Source: the human T2T-CHM13v2.0 reference genome, Homo sapiens. From it: 64,000 nt of DNA. The notes beneath the pieces were generated by a model. The model was not told where the DNA came from, searched no databases, and saw only the letters and a program-made list of their open reading frames with translations. The translations under genes and the position numbers were made by a program. Position 1 is the stretch's first letter. Each line of letters begins with the position of its first letter. This document shows positions 40,800-53,579 of the stretch, piece after piece. The stretch lies in the NCBI RefSeq assembly GCF_009914755.1, contig NC_060938.1; one strand, written 5' to 3'.

Positions 40800-43700
40800 C
40801 ATATAGACTATATAAAGTTATTTTTAATGCATATATGTTATATATATATTTATAGAATATACATATATAACTTTGTAAGAAACGTTTCTTTTTAAACCTC
40901 TGGCCAGATAGACAGAGGCTTCTCACGTGCACATCCGTGATTAAAGACCTCTTCTTACTTAAAGTGAATTACAAATTACAAGTGAGCTATCCAGTTGAAC
41001 CTGAGGTTTATTTGTTGTTGTTTTTAATTTTATACTACTTTAGAAAGCAGCTTGTCTAAGTGACTATTGCCATTTTTAAATTGAGAAACCATTCTCTTTG
41101 GGGGAACATTCAAAAGGCCAATTTACTCTTTCTTTGTTAGAAAGTACGGAAAACATTTTGCATAAGGATTTCATTGCTAAGTGTTATGGTAAAAGAGTGA
41201 TTTCTTCCCTTCTTTCTGGAGCAGCCTTGAGGATTCATTCATATCCTCCATCACTGAGGAAGCGCACCCACCTGGGAGACAAATTACCGTTAGCTTTATT
41301 CCCTGCAGCCTGGCAGAAGTCAGCATGGGGAACACTCTGGCAACCAGGTAGCAAGGGTGACCCTGACATGCCATCGACTTTCCATCTAGCCTTTGATAAG
41401 TCAGTGATGTTTTCCGTGTCCCAGATTTTGCACCTAGAATAATAGTGACTCCCCTGTTCACTGGAATGGGAAAGTTAAAAAGATGCCACATGCAGAGCAA
41501 AGTGTGATGGCAGCCAGTGGTCAAGTGGAAAGAAATTGTGAGTTTATCGAGTCTGACTTCTTTGAGAGAGAAGAGAGCTTATGTGTGTCAGATGACTGGT
41601 TGAGCTTGCATCAGAATACCCCAATGTTTGGACATCCTGTATATTGTCCCTGCGTGAGCTGATGAGATGGGGTGGGAGGCAGTCTCTCTCAGGCATCCAC
41701 TGAGGACGCATCCCCTGGCCCTCCTCTGTCTTCTCTGGAACCCCTACCTCTCCTGCTTTGCAAGGGAGTGAGTTGTTTGTAACCTGTTACCACTGACGGC
41801 ACCAGTGGCAGACTCAAATCAGCCATTTCTCAGGCATTCACAGACACCGCTGGGCTGATGATGCTGTTGGAAAAAAAGTCATCTGCCCTTGCCTGCCTCC
41901 CATATTCTTACCTCACATAGATTTCTAAGGAGATAGCTGGGGCCCCGCCCATAGTTAGTTCATAATCAGTGGTGGCTGTCTGAGTTCTGTGTGCAGAGCT
42001 CCTTTGTTCAGTTACTGAACCCTTATCAAGCAGCTGCCTGGGACTCAATTTGCCCCATCCATTGGAGATTAACCGTGAGTCATACATGGTTCCTGCAATG
42101 GGGAGCTGGGGACGTGCATTGGGACAGTTAGATATGGCACCATATGATCTCACAACCCAGTCTGATCGATGTCATCACCATAGCAGGTGGGGGAAGCTTC
42201 CTGAGGTGAAATAGACCGCTGTGCAGTGATGAGGTGGGAAGCCTTCAGAAGAGCTGGATGTTGGCCGGGAAACTCATTAGGAAACTATAGCAAGTCTTGA
42301 TGGGACCTTGAACCAAAATAGAGGCAGTGAGGATGGAGGAGGAGGATAGAGATCATTTAGAGGGAGTCTGGTGATTGTGACGAGGCTTGGGTTTGAGTGT
42401 CATAGTATTTGGGGACAGAAAAGATAGGAGAAGTGGGGGCGGGAAATGTAGGTCCATGGGAAGGGTTGAGTCTGAGGTGCCTGTGAGACACCCAAGTGGA
42501 AATGGCAAGTCAGTGGCCGGAAGAGCAGGTCTAGAGTCCAGGAGCCCCACAAGGTTTGAAAGGACCAGTTGTGCATCATGTGAGTGTAACTGATAATAGG
42601 TACTCCCCAGAAGTGTGTGCCAAGGGTCAAGAGCGTGGACAGGCCCTGAGGAGCACCGTAAGATATGGAGGGGCTGAACAATAACACAGGCTATGCTCGC
42701 CCAGAGGGTCGGGAGGGTTTGAAGGAAGGAATCCCACCAGGTGCCATGGAAGTGTCACGTACAATGGAGACGGAACACTGTCCTCTGAAATTGGCCCTCA
42801 GCAGGTCACTATGCCATGATGATAGGAGTTTTAGGGGAATGGGAGGAAACAGAAGCAGAAGCCTGTAAACCAGTTGGTGTGAATGGGTGAGGGGCCATGG
42901 GGTACAGAATTGAAGACTTCTCAAGATACGTGGCGGAAAAGGAAAATTAGAATGGTCACTGGAGCAGAATTTTCAACATTTATCTTGAGTAATGAAAATG
43001 TTTCCATGTGCTTTTATTCACCATCCTGCCTTTTCAGTTCACTCTCAAACTGTGAAACTAAGCCATGTTCTGAGCCTGGGTCCTTGGCATGGAGGAAGGA
43101 AATATACACACACACTCATGCATTCACCTCACTTCCATTTATTGCTGCTTACAGAAGGAGAAAATGCTTCTCTGTAAGCCTGCGCCTTTTCTTCAAACAC
43201 ATCCAGATCTTGTCCTCTTGGGTTCAGATCTGAGACCCCCAATTCCATCAAGTGCTGCAGAGAAACCGCAGATAAACTTAATATTAAATGCTAAATATTT
43301 CTGGAGTAATAATGCCTTATACCAGTAAGGTGCATTGTATACTTTTTAAAAATGTTTCACCCCTATCGGTGGATTTGGCCCTTACAGCAAACTTCCTAAG
43401 GTAATCAGGAGAGCTGCTGGTATCCTGATTTTAAGAAAAAGAAACTCGAGTGAGTCCAAACTCCTTAGCAAGTTGGTTGCTAAGGACTTGGAAAAGCTCT
43501 TCAGCTTCATCTCTGGCCACCCTGAGCCCTGCTCGGCCACGTATAGCGTCCTGTCATCCTTTGTTCCTTTCATGCTGTTTATCCTTTCCTGAAACATGCA
43601 GTGGTGGTCAGGGATCCCTCTTATATGTTCCCACAGCTCCCTGCCCTGATGCCCATCATACCGTGTGGGTCCCAGAAACTGCAAGCACCTTAGAGCAAAG

Positions 43701-44558
43701 ATTATGACTTAATTTGTTTTCATATCCCCAGTGTGTAACAGTGCCTGGTTGATGACAGGGCTCAGCAGCTGATGGGTGCATGAGAGGAGGAAAGAATGGA
43801 TGCGCTAGATACAGGAGTCCTGTCTATTATGTGAGAATCCCAATTCTTACACAAAGGGAAGGATGGAGCTAGAGATATCACATGAGTGCTGAGGACACTT
43901 CGGCTGCTCAAGACTCTCTTTTCCAGATGGTTTGCAGCTTGTTGTCATATGCCCAGGAAAGGCACTGAACCAGCCTTCCTCCAAGACCCAAGTTAGCCAC
44001 ATCAGGGCTGGTATAAGTCAGGAAGTAATTTCCTTCCTGCTTGTCTCCTGAGTGATGGCTGTGGTCAGTGGTGGACCAGACTTCCCACTGTCTGCTCTCA
44101 AAGGAGCTCCTCAGCTTTGTAACAGCACGTTAGTTAATGAACAGCTTCACTGTGCCTCTTTGTGTTTATCATGTGGGATTATATTTTTGGTATGAAGGAT
44201 CAGTAAAGACTTGGGTGGATTCCCAATTTTTTGTCAACAAGGAGAATTAATTCTTACAGTCAAGGGTGCTAGATTGATTTCCATTCTGGCCATTTCTCCC
44301 TGTTTCCTTCTCAATTTGGGCACTCTGTTTTGAGTTCAGGAATTCATTTTTAAGTGTCAGGAACATGACCTGATGATCACAGTGCCATGCTACTGATGCC
44401 AGCTTGAGCACAGGATGAGCTAACTGATTGTAAGCCAAGTGTTATCTTTGAGACAATGGCTTGATGTCTATGAGGGGAAAAAAATTCTACATGATTCCTG
44501 GGAAGTTATATTTTATAGAAAGTGTCCAACATTATTCGTTATGTATTTGGTTTCTTTA

Positions 44559-44560
<2 letters not shown>

Positions 44561-44604
<44 letters not shown>

Positions 44605-44618
44605 GTTTTGTTTTGTTT
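44561..44618 (+). repeat. (TG)20 followed by (TTTTG)n
   Basis: Read directly from the sequence. Confidence 0.95.
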
Positions 44619-45720
44619 GGTGTGGTTGCCTCCAATAGAAGAATCAGATAAGATTTGAATGGGGCATGCATATGTTTCCTGTTTGAATGCTCTTCACATA
44701 ACCAAAATCTCCTCTCACCACTAGCTGGAGAAACCTTCTTGCCATGTGACAAGAGCAGGCAGGGGTTTGGTGCAGTTGACAGAGTGTCCCAAGCATGCAT
44801 TTGCTCATCCCATTGACAGCAGCTGCATGGGATGGCATGGCAGGGATACATGTGATCACCCCAGCGTGGCTTTCCTAGCCCCTCTTCATGGGGAAGCTTC
44901 ATCCCTCTCTTTTCCCTTCCCCTCCTTAGTCAGGGGCTGGACAAGGAGGTCAGTGTCCCCCACAACCCAGGGGCTGGTTGGGCCGTTGGCAGGACCTCAA
45001 GGTAGGATCCAGGGGTCCCCTAGTTAGCACGCAGTCTGATCAGAAAAGGTGGTAGGTGCTCTCCTGGCATGGGTCAGCTAGCTCACCTCCCTGTGCCTGC
45101 ACTGGTCACATCATCAGGTCAAGTCAAGGAAGCCAATCACATGATGGTGTCTAGATGCTGGGAAAGGGCCGGGTCTACCGTGGGCAGCAGGGAAGGAGTG
45201 ATCAGGATCACGCCTGACTCCTGCAGAGACATCTGTCATGTGTAGAAGGAAGGTGGCAGACGCGAAACTCTCCTAAGAGAAAAAGGGACTTTCTCCCCTA
45301 AAATAGGCTGAACAGTGGCCCTGGCCAGGTTTGAGAGACAATTCTGGTGGCTAATTAAAATTTCACTTCCTTCATAAACCCTTCGTGCCAACTAGGCTAA
45401 GGCATAATCCAGGCTCCACTTCCCACCCCTCCCCGCCAAAAAAAAGCAGGTTCCTGCCAATGACAGGGTGTGGCTGTTGGTGTTCTTCGCTGCCCACAGT
45501 TGAAACAGGCACGTCCAAGCCTGCCGTCCTCAGCTTTCCTTTTTCTGATCGATTGATTGGAAATGTTTGGGTGCAGAAATGATCACATTTCATATGTTTG
45601 CATTCCCTGACGCCATCAAGCAAGTGTAAGAGATGACCCCAGGAATGGATTGGATACTCATGCATCAGGCTTTTTAAAATGTCCTTGCTATTCTGAGCTC
45701 TCAGGAAATTAAATACTTTG

Positions 45721-46047
<327 letters not shown>

Positions 46048-47333
46048 TTATCAATGTCCTTTCCAGGTCCTAGGAAGACCTTGATGTGCAGAAACACAGG
46101 GAGAGCAGCTTTGTTGCAGAGGGCCCACCCCAGCCGCCATGCCAGGCAGGGCCCCAGGCTCCCAAGCCCCAGCCACAAGTGTTTGGGCCTCTGTGAGCAT
46201 CTGGCATAGAGAAAAATATCTATCAGAATCAACTTTTATTTCTTTTTTTAATAAGTAGTGCCCAGTATATCAAACTATATGTGCAGAATGATCCAATTTT
46301 ATTATACAACACATAAAGACATATATATTATATTACAGTTCTATACATATTCCTCTCCAGAATGATCCTTGTAAAACTTGTCACTCCCTTGCTCAAAACC
46401 TTCCCTGGTTTCCCATCTTAGACTAGATTTCAGCATCCCTGCCCTGGCCCAAGGCCTCCAGGCTCAGGCCTAGGTGTCTGACGGGACACCATTGCCCACC
46501 TGCTCCATCGCAGGCCTCCTTGCTGTTCCTCAGACTCCCCCCTCAGAGCCTTTGCCCTTGCTGTGCCCTCCACCTGGAGCGTTTCTCCCCAGGATCCTCA
46601 TGCCCACGCTCATTTGGGTCCCTGCCCCATGTCACCCTCTCCAGGAGCTTCCCCTCATAGCAGCCCCGACCCGTACCACAGCCCCTGGCATGATATAGTT
46701 ATCTCATGGCTGGATGTCAACTCCTTGGGGAACCCTAAAGGCAATGAGGCAGCCACGATATGCTCATTTTGTACACAGAGAAACTGAGGCACAAATTGGT
46801 TAAGCCATTTGCCCAGGTTCACATGGGAGTGCAAGAATCCAAACCCCAGCCTCTGACCCAGAGTCTCTGCTCTTAATCGCTACCCTGTGCTGCGTGTGCC
46901 ATGGACTGAGTGATGGTGTGAACAAGCTATTTCATCCAGAACATACACAGGACACAAAGCCATCATGTCACCCAACTTTGTTGTACAGCTCCTAAAGCAT
47001 GTGACTGTAATATGTATAACTGCATTTTACAGAAATGCACAGAGGAAGGCAGAAAAGGAAATATACCAAATTGTTTTCGTGGTCATCTCTAGATAGTGGG
47101 ATTTTCCGGTGGTGTGTATTTTCCTCGCTATACCTGTCTGTATTTTCCAAGTGTTCTTCCTGGGCCAATATTAGAATGATGAAACGAAAGTGGTCCCTTT
47201 TCCCAAAAACGTCCTGATGAGGGTACCAGCAGCCACGAATCCTGTAAGAGCTCAGGGCAGGGGAGGGCAGGTACGGGGGTGGATGACCCTTATTCCTGAG
47301 CCTAACAGAGGTCTTCCTGCTCTCACCGTCCAG

Positions 47334-47667
47334 GACATCATCGAGGGGGGCAGCCTGCGCATCCCGCTCCAGGAACTGCACCAGATGATCCTGACTCCGA
47401 TCAAGGCCTACAGCTCCCCGAGCACCACCCCCGAGGCTCGCCGCCGGGAGCCCCAGGCCCCGCGTCAGCCCTCACTGATGGGCCCCGAGAGCCAGAGCCC
47501 CGACTGCAAAGATGGGGCCGCAGCCACTGGCGCCACGGCCACCCCCTCGGCCGGGGCCAGCGGGGGGCTCCAGCCGCACCAGCTGAGCAGCTGCGATGGG
47601 GAGCTGGCCGTCGCCCCCCTGCCAGAGGGGGACCTCCCCGGGCAGTTCACACGCGTCATGGGGAAAG
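47334..47667 (+). CDS. SAMD4A: SAMD4A coding exon, 334 nt, phase 0/1 ([26 protein letters not shown]…[12 protein letters not shown])
   Basis: Branch point CCTAAC 47301-47306, tccag|GAC, donor AAG|gtagag; lies in ORF 47190..47774. Confidence 0.96.
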
Positions 47668-50015
47668 GTAGAGCCTCATTCGCCCATTTCTTTTTTCTTC
47701 TGGATACCACTAACCAGAGCGACAGGCTCCTGGGGGCTTCCCCTGGGTGCTGGATAAATTCCCTGTCCAAGTAGACATCATTAGCTTCATCTTACAGATA
47801 GGGAAAGTGCAGTTCAGAGAGGTTAAGCCTTTTGGGTTTGAACTGCAATCACTGTGACCCCAGGAGACCTACTCCTTAATCCTGGCTCCTTTCTCTCCCA
47901 ACTCCCTCAGACTAGGGGATGCCAGCCCTTTTATTACAGTGCTCATTGGGCCAGTGGACCCTTGCAGGAGGAAGGTGGGAAGGACTTCGAAAAAGATGAT
48001 TTTGGGAACAAACCGTTCACTCAGCATCTCACCCTCTCTCCAAAGCAAAAGCGGCAGAAAATGAGTGACAAACTGAAGGGGCACAGACGCCTTTAGCCAG
48101 AGCCCAAAGATCTCCCTGTGCAGAAAAATGCCAGCCTTGGCAGTGGCCTCTCTCCTCACCACTGAAAGTGTTCTCAGATGTGGCCATGGTTTGGAGAATT
48201 CCCAGCATGGAACTGTTTTGTTCTCATTCTCCCGTGTCTGCGTTTATATTCTCTCTTCACGGCTGGCCTGCCATGTGAAATGCTCTAGTACGAATAGCTT
48301 GTGCTTATTTAGCTTTTCCTCTATAGCAGACACAGTTCTCCGTGCTTTACCTATAGAGCTTACTTAATTCCCAAGTTATCCCATTTTACAGAGGAGGAAA
48401 CTGAGGCACACAGGCTAATTAGCCCACCTGAGCTTACACAGCTGATGGCAGGGCTGGAATTTGAACCCTGCAGTCTCTCCATCATGCACGTGGTTACCAC
48501 TGTGCCTTCTTATCAGCTCAAGATAGAACAAGGTTAAGTTTCATGTGATGGTTCTCTCCGCTGTGAGGTGACAAAATCCAAACCTAAAGAGTCACGTGTC
48601 ATCTGGCGCCTCCTTGTTACCTCTACAGCCCTTACCACCTCCATTCTACACTCCAGACTTTGTATCTTTGAGTTCTCAAAAGTTTGCATATTTTCCTGGC
48701 TTCTGAGCCTTTGTGCACACCTCCCCCTCTGCCTAGAACCTAGGCCCCTACTAGTTTATACAAAGCCTTCATGTGAATTACAAGATGGTGCCCTGTCTGG
48801 GTGGACACAGCACTGCTAGCACTCACCTTGGCATGCACTTGTGCAGTGCACAGCCTGCACATCCACATGGGACAGCCTTGCCTATAACACTCTTTTCCTC
48901 ACCCCATTCCCTTCACCTGGGTCATGCCTCCTTCTCCAGGTCTTAGCCAAGTCCTCACATGCTCCAGGAAGCCTGCTGATCCACTGGGCTGGGTGAGGTA
49001 CCCCCTTTCACCTGCCCCACGTCCCCCTTTACTTTCCTTGTCTTAGCCCAGTTCACACTAGATTGTGATTGCCTGTTTGCTTGACTGTATCTTCATTAGT
49101 CTGCAGCACAGACCACTTTTAATAGCTACTCAATACCCTGCTTTTGTAGCACAGTGCTTACAGTAGATGCCTCATAAGTAGGCGGTGCAAAAATTGAGGG
49201 ATGACACCAGTATCTAAAGTTAGGCCTTCCCACAGACCATCCAAGCATACATGCTGGGTGCACGCCTGTCGGGGAGGGTAGACTCCACAGCGTGGTCCTT
49301 TGGGTAAGAGCGCCCCTTTCTACCTGGGCTACCCTCTGCCTTTTCTGGGGCAGACCCTTATTTCCATATCCTTGAAAATGTCCACCAGTAGAATAATTTA
49401 TGCTTAATTGGGTGTCTTACAAGACATCTTGATTATTTTTTAACATGTGGCAATGCCAGCACTTTTCCTTTGGAAGGGGAAAACAATTTTTTCTCTGTTA
49501 TTGTCCAATATTTCAGACCATTTTAAAAAACCAAGTTTGCAGTAAGAACAACCCCCACCCTTCCACCACCCACCTTAAGGCATGTCCTAAAAAAAGACTT
49601 AAATTCATAGTAATCTGGTGGAGGAGATGACTCACAGCTTCCCTTGGAGCTTGATGGCCAGGGTGGGCCCTCGCTCTCCCCCACCCACCCCTTAGCTGTG
49701 TTGGATTAGAACAGATTTCCCCATGGGTGAAGACACAGCTCTGCCAAGCCCAAGTGGAGCAGCTACTGAACACGCGGCACATCGCCCTACTTCCCGAGAG
49801 ACCCACAGTGCTATGGCCCTGCTTCTTTACATTTTACCTACGTTAAAGGAAGCTGTAACCCCAGTTAACACTCAGCATACACAATTCAAATTAACAACAT
49901 GGTGGAAAGTGGAAAACCACCCTCCCCCAACCCCAAACCCTGCCATCCTCATTCCCAGGGATAGTCACTATTAAGTTTTGGGATATCCTTTCAGAAACTT
50001 CATCATCATACATAA

Positions 50016-50327
<312 letters not shown>

Positions 50328-50406
50328 GAATATTCACTTTTATACACACGCAGGCCTTATTTACATTCTTTTCTACAGGCTGGTGGGTTTAAAAAAAAAT
50401 ACTATA

Positions 50407-50544
50407 GCCGGACACGGTGGCTCATGCCTGTAATCCCGGCACTTTGGGAGGCCAAAGTGAATCACTTGAGCCCAGGAGTTCAAGACCAGCCTCGGCAACA
50501 TAGTGAGACCCTGTCTCTCAAAAACAAAATAATAAAATTTAAAA
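50407..50544 (+). mobile_element. Free left Alu monomer (FLAM-like)
   Basis: Single left-arm monomer with an A-rich tail. Confidence 0.85.
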
Positions 50545-51627
50545 AGTATATATACTTACAATATTTCTATCAGTACAAATAGCGCCATCTCAAAGTTTTT
50601 TTTAAAGATGGCATACTATTCCACTGTATGCATAAACCGTAATGTATTTAACAAAGTCCCAATTAATAGGCAGTGAGGTAGTTTACAAGGTTTTGTTATG
50701 ACAAACAATGTTATACTGAAAGTGTATGTGCAAAGGCAAGAAATAAATGGGATTGTGTGACCAATCAGCCATGCAGGGTTAGGGACAGGGAGGAATCAAG
50801 TATGATGCCAGGTTTCAAGCTTGGTCTCCTTGAGTGTCAGACATTTTTACTCTCTGGCTGACTCCTTTTGTCCACCCATCTCCACTGTGGCCCTGTACAC
50901 ATGACTAAGAAAGTCGGGGAATCGTCACCTCTACAATGAGACCAGAATGGGCCACAGTAACATGGCCGTGAGAAACCTAGTGCGTGTGTATACTCTACCC
51001 GCAGACTAACTCTGTTCCATCCTATTTAGCACTGACTTGAGTGTGTAGGTGAGCCTGCGCCTGTGTGTGCATAAATGTGCATATCACTCTGAGAAAGCAA
51101 CCCTCTGAGGAGTGAGTAGCAGGCCTCCTGCACATGTGCACACCCACACACCTCCCCGTCTCCAGGAGGTGCCAGCTCGTTCCTCCAAACACAAACGCCG
51201 CTGCCTCTGCACCTGGCGAGGGGTGTGCGCTCATTCATAAAATCACGGAGGCTGCTCTCTGACAGTGTCAGGGTCTTGGATACTTCTGAAGCCCCTCACA
51301 CAGAGCCACTTTCAAAGACCAAGCTCAGGACGCCACTATTCACTGCTGTGTTCTTCCTCTTATTGCAGTGTCTTATTGCAGAAGGCTTCATATAGAATGG
51401 CATGACTGGAATTAACCCAAGGGGCTTCTCGAGACAAGGGCTCCCACGGTGACCCAGCCTTTGACTTCTGTGGAATGAGGAGCCTCTTGGCCTTTTTTGT
51501 GAGCCTTACATAAAGCCACAGACACACATACCTCTCAGAGTGTTGGACCTGAAGGGAAATGAGAGTCAGGTCCCAGAGATTAGAAAGGGGTGCATTTTTC
51601 TAATTCATCTTTTCTTTTTAATTACAG

Positions 51628-51713
51628 TGTGCACACAGCTCTTGGTCTCCAGACCTGATGAGGAAAATATAAGTTCCTATTTACAGCTCATAGACAAGTG
51701 TCTAATTCATGAG
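51628..51713 (+). CDS. SAMD4A: SAMD4A coding exon, 86 nt, phase 1/0 ([29 protein letters not shown])
   Basis: ttacag|TG and GAG|gtgagt; lies in ORF 51540..52013; phases match both neighbours. Confidence 0.96.
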
Positions 51714-52514
51714 GTGAGTAGTGACAGGTTTTACAAAACCATTTTTTTTTTATTGCTTAGAAATGGTTCTCAGAGTTTCTGTGATGTGATCATTTTAGCC
51801 TCCAACAACTTGTTTTTGAGTGGTGGACAGTTATTAATAATAGGTTGGGCAGAACTAGGCTATGACAGCCTCAAACCCAAACACAGCTTGAACATTACTT
51901 TGGTGTCCAAAGATTTGCCCAGACTGAGTGTTCTGATGTGCAGTGAACGCCTGCAACGACTTCTGGCTGGGGAAGCAGCCCCGGGTGGCCAAGCCTCAGA
52001 GGGTAACACATGAGCCCTGCTGCTTAGCCCTGGGCATTGTCAGGTCTTTTAAAAATCTTGTGTTGAACTCTTGCCTTTTAGCTCAGGGAACTGGAGAGAG
52101 GAAGGGAGAAAGAGAGCCCATAAAGAAATAATGAATGTGTATATGTGTGTGTGTGTTTGGGCTTGCGATTGTTGTAGGAATCGTATTTGCCACATATCCT
52201 TTTGGAGGAGGCCTGAGGCAGGCTGCAGGTGTGCCTACTGGACCCTCAGGCACAGTCTTCATATACAGAGTGAGATAGACCCTTTGGCATGGCGGGGCTA
52301 GGCAGCCGTCAGCACTGGTGGCTGTCCCTAAGGGACATGTAGGGAGAGGGAGTTGCACCTCAGACCTAAAACTCCAGTGGCTCCTTGGGCACCCCTCCCT
52401 CCCCACAAAGAGCTACAGCAGCAAGGCCTAGACTAGAGAAAACTTGGGACCAGATAAACCTAGGATGGTGAAGTCTTTTTGTAGGATTTCGATGTGAGAA
52501 TAAGATAGTAAGGG

Positions 52515-52813
52515 GGCCGGGGTGGTGGGTCACACCTGTAATCCCCACACTTTGGGAGGCCGAGGTGGGAGGATCACTCGAGGCCAGGAGCTTGAGACCT
52601 GCCTGGGAAACATATCAAGACCCTGTCACTACGAAAAAAAAAAAAAAAAGCCAGGTGTGGTGGCGCACACCTGTAATCCCAGCTACTCGGGAGGCCAAGG
52701 TGGGAGGATGGATGGCTTGAGCCCAGGTGGCCAAGGCTACAGTGAGCTATGATCCTATCACTGCACTCCAGCAAGAGCAACACAGTGAGACTTGTCTCGG
52801 GGAAAAAAAAAAA
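52515..52813 (+). mobile_element. Alu (AluJ-like)
   Basis: Dimer with poly(A) linker; flanking repeat ATAGTAA. Confidence 0.9.
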
Positions 52814-53502
52814 TAGTAAAGGCCCCAGGCCTCCTCACCTTTGCTGCATGGGCAGCCAGTACTCCAGGAGTCCAGTAGGGTCCGGTGAAGGGAGACGCCC
52901 AGCACAGCGGCCAGGCCCCTTCTCCACTTCCCTCTCATGTTCTCACCCTTCCAGCTGTCACATGGGCCCTGTGCTATCGAAGTTCTCACGGCCCTCACCC
53001 ACTACCCACACTTCACATACAAGGGTACAGTCCCCCTCTGGGATTCCATCCCAGCTCCCCCTTCCCCACTTCCCCAAACCCTCATTTTTGCAGTTTCTCC
53101 TCTTGGCCGTATGGATTCTTATGTGCCCAAGCGGCTCTGGCCAAAGTTGTCAGTGTGACTACAGTGACCAGCCGCCTAGGTTGGGGGCTCAGACACGCCA
53201 TCCTCTGAAATGTTTAACTATACCAAAGTACTAGACTTTTCACTGAAAAAAAAATGGTTTTTTCCCTCTTTAATGGCTTCCCTAGAGCACCCAGGCATTG
53301 TCAAAAGCCCGTACTGAAGGCTTATTTGTGACTTTGTTTCAGGGACAAGGCCTTCTCCCCACAAGCCTTGACTAATCCTTTTCTATTTCGAATCCTGACA
53401 CTGGACTCGTTTTGGCCAGGAAAAAGCGACAAAGGAAGAGAAAGCAAGAACACAGTGAAGAATGTTACAACTCGTCCATTCCCTAGATACTTACTGAGCA
53501 CC

Positions 53503-53579
53503 TAGGCAGGTTACAGTAGTGAGAGAATTAGGCAGGTTACAGTAGTGAGAGAATTAGGCAGGTTACAGTAGTGAGAGAA
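53503..53579 (+). repeat. Perfect 26-bp minisatellite, about 3 copies (TAGGCAGGTTACAGTAGTGAGAGAAT)
   Basis: Units at 53503-53528, 53529-53554 and 53555-53579 (last unit one base short). Confidence 0.95.

Noticed and set aside
39519-40855. ORFs of up to 172 aa in and around the LTR
   Set aside because: They overlap a solo LTR with no gag/pol/env similarity; chance ORFs.
53503-53579. Repeat of CRISPR-like unit length
   Set aside because: Head-to-tail units with no spacers, in human DNA, with no cas genes.
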